Shown: in pieces, positions 1 to 6,744 of the stretch | Layout of the letters: the number at the start of each line of letters is the position of its first letter | Numbering within the stretch: position 1 is the first letter of the stretch | IMG/VR virus record: IMGVR_UViG_3300025154_000083 | Location: 47,214 to 67,213 of that record | DNA length: 20,000 bases | Strand: one strand, 5' to 3' | Origin: an uncultured virus (IMG/VR IMGVR_UViG_3300025154_000083) | Lineage: Duplodnaviria; Heunggongvirae; Uroviricota; Caudoviricetes | Notes under the pieces: generated by a model | Databases searched by the model: none | Seen by the model: the letters and a program-made list of their open reading frames with translations, nothing else | What the model was told of the DNA's origin: nothing | Made by a program: the position numbers and the translations under genes

Positions 1-17
1 CCAGCCCTGGGTTAGGC
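1..17 (-). other. attC site, partial (R'' box and start of left arm)
   Basis: Minus strand reads GCCTAAC CCAGG GCTGG, 3 nt after the stop of ORF 21-197. It has the same CTAACCCAG start as the attCs beginning at 311 and 1428. Confidence 0.75.
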
Positions 18-20
18 CAT

Positions 21-197
21 TTACTCCGTGATATTAATCCCATCCGAAAACTCGAATTGCGACGGATATATGCCGTATTCTTTCCTGGCCGCCTCGTTCA
101 AAGCTTTCATTGCCTCCGTATGCTCGCATCCAGTCTCATCTACTTCGAATTCCGCCTCGACCAAGAGATGGGCATAGCCCCACGCTTTCATTTTCAT
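21..197 (-). CDS. Hypothetical acidic protein, 58 aa (cassette D); not in the ORF track
   Basis: MKMKAWGYAHLLVEAEFEVDETGCEHTEAMKALNEAARKEYGIYPSQFEFSDGINITE*. It has a GAGGAG RBS upstream and fills the space between two attC sites. Confidence 0.8.
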   Translation of the reverse strand: MKMKAWGYAHLLVEAEFEVDETGCEHTEAMKALNEAARKEYGIYPSQFEFSDGINITE

Positions 198-218
198 TCC
201 GTCTCCTCGGGCCTCGCG

Positions 219-311
219 GCCTAACGTGGCGATAACCCGCGCCGGCCTTAACGGGTTTCCGTAGCACGACTCACGCGCGTGGCCGGCGTCGGGTTCATTG
301 CTGGGTTAGAC
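219..311 (-). other. attC recombination site (93 bp)
   Basis: Minus strand: R'' GTCTAAC, CCAGC, L'' AATGAACC, CGACGCCGGCC ... GGCCGGCGCG, L' GGTTAT, CGCCAC, R' GTTAGGC. Imperfect palindrome with the extra base in L''. Confidence 0.92.
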
Positions 312-448
312 CCCTTTGGCACCCAAGCGTTGGGTGCGGTTGTTCCGCACTTGCGGCACCTCAATGTGGTGCGCGTCACGATAACCTTTCCGCCGCAGGC
401 GCAGCACGAGATACCTCTGTCGCCCGCCGGGAAACTCACTGTTACCAT
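248..448 (-). CDS. Small zinc-ribbon protein (cassette C)
   Basis: Two CxxC pairs (CCACGG...CRKCG). The GAGGAGG RBS at 460-454 favours the ATG at 448 over the track start at 454. The ORF reads into the attC and stops inside it. Confidence 0.7.
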   Translation of the reverse strand: MVTVSFPAGDRGISCCACGGKVIVTRTTLRCRKCGTTAPNAWVPKGSNPAMNPTPATRVSRATETR

Positions 449-463
449 CACCACCTCCTCGCC

Positions 464-571
464 GTCTAACGCTGCGCATCAGCGGCACCGATCACGCGGG
501 CCGAGGACTCGAAGAGACGCAACTGAATTGCCCCCGCGTGGTCGGTGTCCGGCTGCATGCGCTTGTTAGAT
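464..571 (-). other. attC recombination site (108 bp)
   Basis: Minus strand: R'' ATCTAAC, AAGCG, L'' CATGCAGC, CGGACACCGACCACGCGGG ... CCCGCGTGATCGGTGCC, L' GCTGATG, CGCAGC, R' GTTAGAC. Confidence 0.93.
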
Positions 572-1317
572 GATTTGAATCCACGGTACCATGCGTCCAG
601 GTATGCTTTGGGTGTGGGCCAGCGAGTCTTGTCTTCGCCAGCCTTGTTCCAGAACCACCATGTGACCGCATGCTCAAAAACCCGATAACATCCGGGCCAC
701 CTTTGCCTGTGCTGCTTCACCTTACCCATCCCGACCGAGACGATTAAAGGGCACACCATTCAGCCGATCCGGTCAAAGCCCTGGTCATACAGTTCGCAAA
801 ATGGCAGGCCAAGACCTTCGATGAACTCCCAGACGTGCCATTCGTGCCACTCGAAAATGGGAGAATACTGCCATTTGCCGCGAAACCTTGAAATCCTCCC
901 ACGCTCTTTCCTCCCTGGAGACTCTTCGGCCCGTATGCCAACCAGTTTGTGTTTCAAGGGGATAGCTTTCGTTGGGTCTTTCTTTAGTACGTCGCAACAC
1001 CAGCGCTTATTAAAAACGGGAGGAAACTTAGCTCTGATGCCTTCCCACATAGACATGACGGGACGGTAAATACGAGTATCAGGGTATGTCTTGAGCCCGA
1101 ACTTGATCGCCTCAGGTGGATCAATGCCGGTGAAGCTGTGGACCGGAAAGCATTTAACTCCAGCCATTTTCACCAACTCCATGAGCACAACTGAGTCTTT
1201 GCCGAAACTATTGCAAACCATATACCCCTCAGATGGTTCATGAGCCTGCATAAAACCCACGGACTCAGCGACCACGTTTTGCAATGGTACTACCGACATT
1301 TGCTGTGCTCTTGGCAT
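466..1317 (-). CDS. PAPS reductase-family (PP-loop, Fe-S) protein, 283 aa if the in-frame UGA at 760-762 is read as selenocysteine (cassette B)
   Basis: Motifs SFGKDS, FTGIDPPE, RWCCDVLK, GIRAEES..R, PIFEW..VW and LYDQGFDRIG-[TGA]-MVCP. Track ORFs 760-1317 and 466-759 are contiguous and in the same frame. The family call is strong; Sec readthrough is inferred. Confidence 0.85.
723..753 (-). promoter_or_regulatory. Putative bacterial SECIS element
   Basis: mRNA: UGA AUGGUG UGCCC UUUAAUC GUCUC [GGUC] GGGAU GGGUA. The upper stem GUCUC/GGGAU closes a GGUC loop that begins after a 23-nt spacer from the UGA; the lower stem is UGCCC/GGGUA. Confidence 0.65.
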
Positions 1318-1335
1318 TGACTTTACTCTCGCGCG

Positions 1336-1428
1336 GCCTAACTTTGGCGATAACCAGCGGGCACCCTAGCACCGCCGACTGCATAAAACCAAGGCGTGGT
1401 ACCCGTCTGGTTCATTACTGGGTTAGGC
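1336..1428 (-). other. attC recombination site (93 bp)
   Basis: Minus strand: R'' GCCTAAC (contains the TAA stop of the upstream ORF), CCAGT, L'' AATGAACC, AGACGGGTACC ... GGTGCCCGCT, L' GGTTAT, CGCCAAA, R' GTTAGGC. Confidence 0.92.
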
Positions 1429-1671
1429 TTCCGCAAACGCGAAAACCTTAATGGCCTTTCCGTCAAAATCAACCGTGACCGGGTTGAGCCCAAAGAGCCC
1501 CCCGCCGGCGTAATTGCATGGCCCGCCCGTTTTATCGAAAATCTGCTTATCAGAATTCATCGCTCGTCCCACACAGGAGAAAGCCGCTTCCCGGTCTGAT
1601 GCCCCGGCATCCTTCCAATCCTTAACGCTGGCAACGTAGCCACAGGAGGGGCACACAAACTTCCAGCCCAT
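1423..1671 (-). CDS. VVA0879-family-like Cys-containing phage protein (cassette A), possibly N-terminally truncated
   Basis: WKFVCPSCG.V.SV.DW..AGA...FSCVGR...PCNYAGGGLF pattern, recognised from memory of the family. The stop codon lies within the attC R'' box, as is typical for cassettes. Confidence 0.7.
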   Translation of the reverse strand: MGWKFVCPSCGYVASVKDWKDAGASDREAAFSCVGRAMNSDKQIFDKTGGPCNYAGGGLFGLNPVTVDFDGKAIKVFAFAEA

Positions 1672-1717
1672 TGGATCTTTCCCGAATCGCTGGGTTGTCT
1701 ACTCACCGAGCCCAACA

Positions 1718-2479
1718 TCACACTTCAATATGACGCCACGTCATACCAACAGCTATGTGAGAAAGATTGGATTTTTTCATATTAAACATCTTTTGTATAA
1801 TCTTTCTATCAATATTGGCGTTAAGCAGTTTCTTTATGAGCCAAACTTCACCATCTTTCCATTTGGACTTGAAGTGACGCTCTCCATAATCATCTGTTTT
1901 GTATTTAACTGGCGAAACTTCATCATAAGATATGTCAATGTCTCCCCACAACTCATCTCTTCCTATTCTAGCCGTATGATGAGGAGTTACTTTGAACATC
2001 TTGCCTATTAGTATTGACGGTATTCCAGAAAGCCATAGCTTCTTAATAAGCCACACTTCACCATCTTTTAGTTTACTCCTTCCGCTTTTCTCTCCACGCA
2101 GACCATGCTTTAACTCAGTTTTATATGAATGGATTACATTTTCTTGATGAGTTACCCATTCAAGATTAAAATCAAAATTGTTATTCTTATTTCCATCTTT
2201 ATGATTAGCATTTTTGCCACTGGGTCGCTTGCATACAAATGCTTCCAAAACCAAAACATGAATTCTGCAACATTTTACCTTGCCATTCTGACACAGGGCA
2301 ACTTGCAAATAGCCCCACTGGTTTGGACATGCAGAAAGTATTATTGGTAATTTCCTTTTTCTCGATCTCACCCTTCCAAAATTCGATACATCATAATCCT
2401 GGCACCACCACACTGGAATCCAGGTCTCTTTATTGACCTCTGAGCCTTCTTGCAAGATTTGTAAATCTATTGCTTGCAT
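1718..2479 (-). CDS. NUMOD4-HNH homing endonuclease with duplicated C-terminal DNA-binding modules
   Basis: NUMOD4 motif ETWIPV...YDVSNFGRVRS; HNH motif RIHVLVLEAF...NHKDGNKNNN...NLEWVT..EN; two copies of SK.KDGEVWLIKKL. The gene is AT-rich and its start codon is uncertain. Confidence 0.9.
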   Translation of the reverse strand: MQAIDLQILQEGSEVNKETWIPVWWCQDYDVSNFGRVRSRKRKLPIILSACPNQWGYLQVALCQNGKVKCCRIHVLVLEAFVCKRPSGKNANHKDGNKNNNFDFNLEWVTHQENVIHSYKTELKHGLRGEKSGRSKLKDGEVWLIKKLWLSGIPSILIGKMFKVTPHHTARIGRDELWGDIDISYDEVSPVKYKTDDYGERHFKSKWKDGEVWLIKKLLNANIDRKIIQKMFNMKKSNLSHIAVGMTWRHIEV

Positions 2480-4706
2480 CTGTCGTCCTTATGCAAAGGT
2501 TTATTGCCTTTTGTTGGCCTACCAAGACAACATACCTTTTAGCACGAGTGATGGCAGTATACAAGAGATTTCTCCGGAGTTGAATATAATTTGTGGTGTG
2601 TACCGGGATCACAACAACGGGAAATTCACTCCCTTGTGATCGGTGAACAGTAAGCGCATAAGCCATCTGTAGTTGCTCAAAATCCTTGGAAGCATACTCG
2701 ACTTCCCGATCATCGATCATGACCACAACGGCACTCGCATCCCCTCCAAGCACAATCCCCATGTCCCCGTTGAACACCATCTTCTTGTAATCGTTCCTCG
2801 TCTGGATGACCCTATCCCCTGTCAAAAAAGGCGTCCCGCCTATAGCCACCCCTTCGACGTTGATCACGGGCCTCAATCGCCTATTCAGTTCTATCGTCCC
2901 GGCCGGCCCCTTCTTCATGGGACACAACACCTGGATATCCTTCAGGTCAAACCCATAGTGCGCGGAGAATTTCACGCACACCTTCTCTATCATGGGGGCG
3001 ATGCCGTGCTTGTCCTCCTCGGTCACAAAGAAGAAATCCGAGTCGCCATCATTTTTGAGCTCAACCTTCTCGCCGCGATTGATTCGCTGAGCGTTCCGGT
3101 TGATGTAACTCTTCGCGGCCTGGCGATGAAGGGTGGTGAGATGCACTGTGGGGATTATCCACGATTCGATGATGTCTCCCAACACCCTCCCGGCACTCAC
3201 CGACGGCAACTGGGCCGGGTCCCCAACGAGGATAAGCTGCGTCTTCTCCGGGTTGACCGCGGATAACAGGCTCGCCATGAGTTGCACATCCACCATGGAG
3301 GTCTCATCGATCACGAGCACGTCCACGTCGAGGGGGTTGTCCTGGTTGTGGCGGAATCCCACCTCGGGATGAAAGGCGAGCAGGCGGTGAATGGTCATGG
3401 CCGCACGACCGCCGGTTGCCTCGGACATGCGTTTGGCCGCCTTTCCCGTGGGGGCGGCCAGGGCAATATTCAAATCTCGACCCATGGCTCGGATGATGAA
3501 GTTGATCAAGTGGGTTTTGCCAACTCCGGGCCCACCCGCTAGAACCATGATTTTTGACGTCATGGCGAGGTCCAGGCCTCGAAGCTGGTCTTGGTCGAGG
3601 GAGTTGATTTCATCCGAGGAGAGCTCGCTTATCATGGCTGCATGGGGGGTTGAGACGAACTTTAGGAGGGACTGTGCCACGTCGATTTCAGCGGTCCACA
3701 TTTCTGCCGTGTAGATGTAGGTGACGGGGGCGGGAGTGGTTGCATCGACTTTGCCTGCATCACCCTCGAAGGGAAGGGCTTCTTCCTTCAAGGCATCGCT
3801 CTTTTTCTGCGCCTCCATTCCCATCATTTCCCTCCCCGGCGTAAAATCCACCAGCTTCCCCGCGGCGATCATCTCGCTTAGCACCTCAACAACCTTCTCC
3901 TTCCCGGCCTCGAGGATCTCCACGGCGCGCTTGACCAGTTCCTCGAAGGGGAGACAGGTGTGCCCTTCTCTACCGGATGCTTCCTGCAGAACATACCTGA
4001 TTCCGGCCGTCAGACGACGCCTGCTTTCCTTTTTTATCCCGGTGGACACGGCAATGGCGTCGGCTTTCTTGAAGCCTATCCCCCACACATCGTCGGCCAG
4101 AAGGTACACGTTGGCCTCGATCTGCTTCTTGGCTTTCTCCTTGGTGCCGTAAGTGTCCATGAGGCGGTTCAGAAGGGAGGGCGTTATCCCGTGGGTGCTG
4201 AAGTACACGTCAATCGTGCGATCCGACATGATGGAGATGTATTTCTCGTGGATCTCCTGGGCTCGGGCCGGGGTGATGCCATTGACCTCGGAGAGCTTCC
4301 CGGGAGAGTGCTCAATCACTTCGAAGAGGGCTGGGCCGAAGGCCTCCACGAGACGACGCGCAAGAGTAGGTCCGACCCAGCGCAGGCGGTCGAGGTAGTG
4401 GATGATTCCCATGGTATCCCTGGGAAGCTCGCGGGTGGCGTTGGAGAATTTGAATTGCCGGCCGTACCCCGTCTCTTCGTACTTCCCTTCCAGGGTTACG
4501 CAATCCCCGACCTCGAAGTCCAGCGGAAGAACACCGGTAGCCTTTTCTGGAATGCCACTGATCCGGATAATTCTCCAACCTCCCGTGAAGGGGCGGCTCA
4601 TGTCCTTTATGGTCCCGGATATGGTTTCTACGGCGTTGATGGTGGTGGGAGCGGAAGATTGAGATGCGTTGCAAGGTGATGGCGTCTTCCTGGCCAGCTT
4701 AGACAT
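2430..4706 (-). CDS. recD2: RecD2-like SF1B DNA helicase
   Basis: N-terminal OB-like and HhH region; Walker A GGPGVGKT; APTGKAAKRM; TIHRLL; DETSMVD; VGDPAQLPSV; AYALTVHRSQGSEF; LLYTAITRAK. Confidence 0.95.
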   Translation of the reverse strand: MSKLARKTPSPCNASQSSAPTTINAVETISGTIKDMSRPFTGGWRIIRISGIPEKATGVLPLDFEVGDCVTLEGKYEETGYGRQFKFSNATRELPRDTMGIIHYLDRLRWVGPTLARRLVEAFGPALFEVIEHSPGKLSEVNGITPARAQEIHEKYISIMSDRTIDVYFSTHGITPSLLNRLMDTYGTKEKAKKQIEANVYLLADDVWGIGFKKADAIAVSTGIKKESRRRLTAGIRYVLQEASGREGHTCLPFEELVKRAVEILEAGKEKVVEVLSEMIAAGKLVDFTPGREMMGMEAQKKSDALKEEALPFEGDAGKVDATTPAPVTYIYTAEMWTAEIDVAQSLLKFVSTPHAAMISELSSDEINSLDQDQLRGLDLAMTSKIMVLAGGPGVGKTHLINFIIRAMGRDLNIALAAPTGKAAKRMSEATGGRAAMTIHRLLAFHPEVGFRHNQDNPLDVDVLVIDETSMVDVQLMASLLSAVNPEKTQLILVGDPAQLPSVSAGRVLGDIIESWIIPTVHLTTLHRQAAKSYINRNAQRINRGEKVELKNDGDSDFFFVTEEDKHGIAPMIEKVCVKFSAHYGFDLKDIQVLCPMKKGPAGTIELNRRLRPVINVEGVAIGGTPFLTGDRVIQTRNDYKKMVFNGDMGIVLGGDASAVVVMIDDREVEYASKDFEQLQMAYALTVHRSQGSEFPVVVIPVHTTNYIQLRRNLLYTAITRAKRYVVLVGQQKAINLCIRTTDASNRFTNLARRLRGQ

Positions 4707-4719
4707 GACACTCTCCTCG

Positions 4720-5001
4720 CTATGCGATATCGTTCCGATCTATCTTCCCGGCATCGGCCAAGACTTCACCAATGGCTTTCACCATGGCGTGGTGGATTTT
4801 GAGGTCCAGGCCGCTTTCTTCGCCATGCCTGTCTATGGGCACCCACACGGCCATAGAATACATTGTTCCCTGTTTTGGTGAGCCGTCGCTATTGGTTCCG
4901 CTTGTTGCGCGGCTCATGCTCATGCTTCGCCATGAAGGACGTTTGTCAAGTTCTACTTCACGCCATTCTCCGGTTTCCTTGTCTTTCACTCTTACTCCCA
5001 T
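4720..5001 (-). CDS. Hypothetical protein
   Basis: Co-oriented ORF with an AAGGA RBS, ending 13 nt before the recD2 start. Confidence 0.7.
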   Translation of the reverse strand: MGVRVKDKETGEWREVELDKRPSWRSMSMSRATSGTNSDGSPKQGTMYSMAVWVPIDRHGEESGLDLKIHHAMVKAIGEVLADAGKIDRNDIA

Positions 5002-5046
5002 GATATGATTCCTTACTTTTTTGGGATGTTGGGTATTGAAGTAATG

Positions 5047-5484
5047 TTAAACTAAAATCACTTCAAATTTGACCATTTTTATTCTCTCTCCGCACTCTTC
5101 CATTTCTGGAAAATCAGGATACTTCTTATGCAGAAATGTGCTTCGGTTACAATCGCATTCATAGTTTCCATCAGTGAACAGATACTCGGCCGAATCAGGT
5201 GGGTAGCCATAACCAAAATCATAATCCAGGCAGTATTCCTTGTCTTCATATTCGAAAACTATTTTGGCTATAGTCTTTTTGCGAACGTCCAAACCTTCAT
5301 GTTCTGCAAAGGCAATGATTGCGCCACGCTCCCTTGCAAAATCATAAAGTCTTCGCTTGAATTCTTCGCGCTCTTGCTTGGTAGAGAACCAGAAGTCCTG
5401 ACCTTTTATTCCCAAGTCTCTTTCAATGAGGTCCTCATTCATTACTTCACCCCAAACGTGGAGCAGAAATTCATATTGAGCCAT
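5047..5484 (-). CDS. Hypothetical protein (AT-rich, ECDCNRS motif)
   Basis: Co-oriented ORF. The MAQYEF start at 5484 follows a G-rich RBS-like sequence; the track start is 5514. Confidence 0.75.
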   Translation of the reverse strand: MAQYEFLLHVWGEVMNEDLIERDLGIKGQDFWFSTKQEREEFKRRLYDFARERGAIIAFAEHEGLDVRKKTIAKIVFEYEDKEYCLDYDFGYGYPPDSAEYLFTDGNYECDCNRSTFLHKKYPDFPEMEECGERIKMVKFEVILV

Positions 5485-5576
5485 AGCGAAACCCCCACTC
5501 TTAATGGAAAGCATGGTTGCCTTGAAGGGTGGAATCTGGAGGACCCTCCCCCCAAGGCTTGTGATTACACTTTTCG

Positions 5577-6719
5577 CTAAAACGGTGACTTCTCTCCCGC
5601 TCCGCTTCCGGTTCCACCAGCAGCCCCACCCTTCTTGGCCTGGCCCGCGCTGGAATCCTTGGCGCCAGCATCCTTAACTTGGCTCGCGCTGGCCCCTCCA
5701 GCAGGCTTCATAAACTCGGGCTCTCCGGGCCTGCTTTCTGTGCCGCCAGCACCCTCGCCTGCTCCGCCATATCCTCCACCAGCGCCACCTTCCCCGCCCA
5801 TCCTGGCCGCGGTAGCTTCCGCAGCCTCTTCCGCCTCGAACGTAGTCTGAACGCTGGCATCCTTCAGGGACTCGACCGTCGGGATGATGATCTCGTTCAG
5901 CAGCACCTCGTCAACCGGCTTCGGCATGGTGAACTTCGCGCGATAGTGCTTCTGAGGCTCGAGCCTTTTTTCCAGGGATATCTCGGTCTGGAACATGAAG
6001 AAGGGCTTGCGGCGGAGCATGACTCCCGAAATAAAACCCTTGGTGGGCTTGATGCTTACGCCGTGGAGCGTCAACCAAAATGGGATAGAGTCTTCCAGCC
6101 CGATGCAGAGGAGATTGTAGGACATGCCGCACGGAGGCTTGGTTTTCCCGTCCTCATCCCAGGCACCGAAGGGACAAACCTGCTTGGGGCGATTCCCAGG
6201 CCCCATTACGGCGCAGACCTTTGAAGGAGGAAGCGGATGGCGCGGATCGGGCTCCCAGTAGTTGTACGAGCGACAGAGCAAGTCACCGCCGTCTCCGGAA
6301 GCGAGCCATTCACTGTTCTTGCCGGTTTCGGAAATCAGGTCCTGTATGTAGGCGTTGACTTCGGGGGAGTTTTTGGAGCGGTCCTGCTGCGACCAGAAGC
6401 TACGGCCTTTGTCGGCCTTCACGATCACCACGTTCAGGGTTTCCACCTCTTCGCCGGTAAGGTTGCAAAGAAAGTTTCCTTCCGTGCCTGTCTTGCTGGT
6501 CGGCTGGATGACCCGGTATCGCGGGATTACCAGATCGGATGAATCGAAGGCCTCCCATCCGGTGTAGCCCTGGAGGCTTTCCGGGATGGCTATGGTGCCG
6601 GCGTGGGAGTGGACGGCGGGGACTTGTGCCTGAGACTGCACTTGGGACTGGTCTTTGTCGGACATGATGTTTTCCTTTCCATGTTTACGCTGTTCTCTGA
6701 GTTTTGCAAAATCAACCAT
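5577..6719 (-). CDS. Putative single-stranded DNA-binding / recombination protein
   Basis: SDLVIPRYRVIQPTS N-terminal motif, long Gly/Ala-rich disordered tail ending in SPF (SSB-like tip), and position between the exonuclease and helicase. Function is inferred; an alternative start is at 6665. Confidence 0.6.
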   Translation of the reverse strand: MVDFAKLREQRKHGKENIMSDKDQSQVQSQAQVPAVHSHAGTIAIPESLQGYTGWEAFDSSDLVIPRYRVIQPTSKTGTEGNFLCNLTGEEVETLNVVIVKADKGRSFWSQQDRSKNSPEVNAYIQDLISETGKNSEWLASGDGGDLLCRSYNYWEPDPRHPLPPSKVCAVMGPGNRPKQVCPFGAWDEDGKTKPPCGMSYNLLCIGLEDSIPFWLTLHGVSIKPTKGFISGVMLRRKPFFMFQTEISLEKRLEPQKHYRAKFTMPKPVDEVLLNEIIIPTVESLKDASVQTTFEAEEAAEATAARMGGEGGAGGGYGGAGEGAGGTESRPGEPEFMKPAGGASASQVKDAGAKDSSAGQAKKGGAAGGTGSGAGEKSPF

Positions 6720-6744
6720 AGCGCGGTCCTTTCAAAAAGATCGT

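Larger units (their letters stand above)
1..1716 (-). mobile_element. Integron-type gene cassette array (at least 4 cassettes, no intI in window), continuing past the left edge
   Basis: attC sites at 1336-1428, 464-571, 219-311 and <1-17, each following a single minus-strand ORF. A lone GTTRRRY core (GTTGGGC, 1716-1710) marks the probable start of the array. Confidence 0.88.

Noticed and set aside
466..759. Separate 97-aa gene as given in the ORF track
   Set aside because: It has no RBS, and it begins in the middle of the conserved CxxCP motif of the upstream frame.
760..762. Genome-wide UGA reassignment (Trp or Gly) as the explanation for the in-frame TGA
   Set aside because: Many genes here end in TGA with ATGA/GTGA overlaps (e.g. 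9920, 16760, 17188, 17690, 19746), and this position corresponds to Cys, not Trp or Gly.
219..1428. Reading the palindromes as rho-independent terminators, REP elements or CRISPR repeats
   Set aside because: They have no U tracts, carry attC-specific R and L boxes with asymmetric extra bases, and are separated by whole genes.
3721..3840. Insertion in RecD2 (GREMMGMEAQKK...TTPAP) as an intein or intron
   Set aside because: It is only about 40 aa, in frame, and lacks intein terminal motifs; it looks like a flexible linker.
5028..5034. ACCCAAC (RYYYAAC) on the minus strand just after the stop of ORF 5047-5484, as a further attC
   Set aside because: No L boxes, stem or matching GTTRRRY follow it; probably chance.
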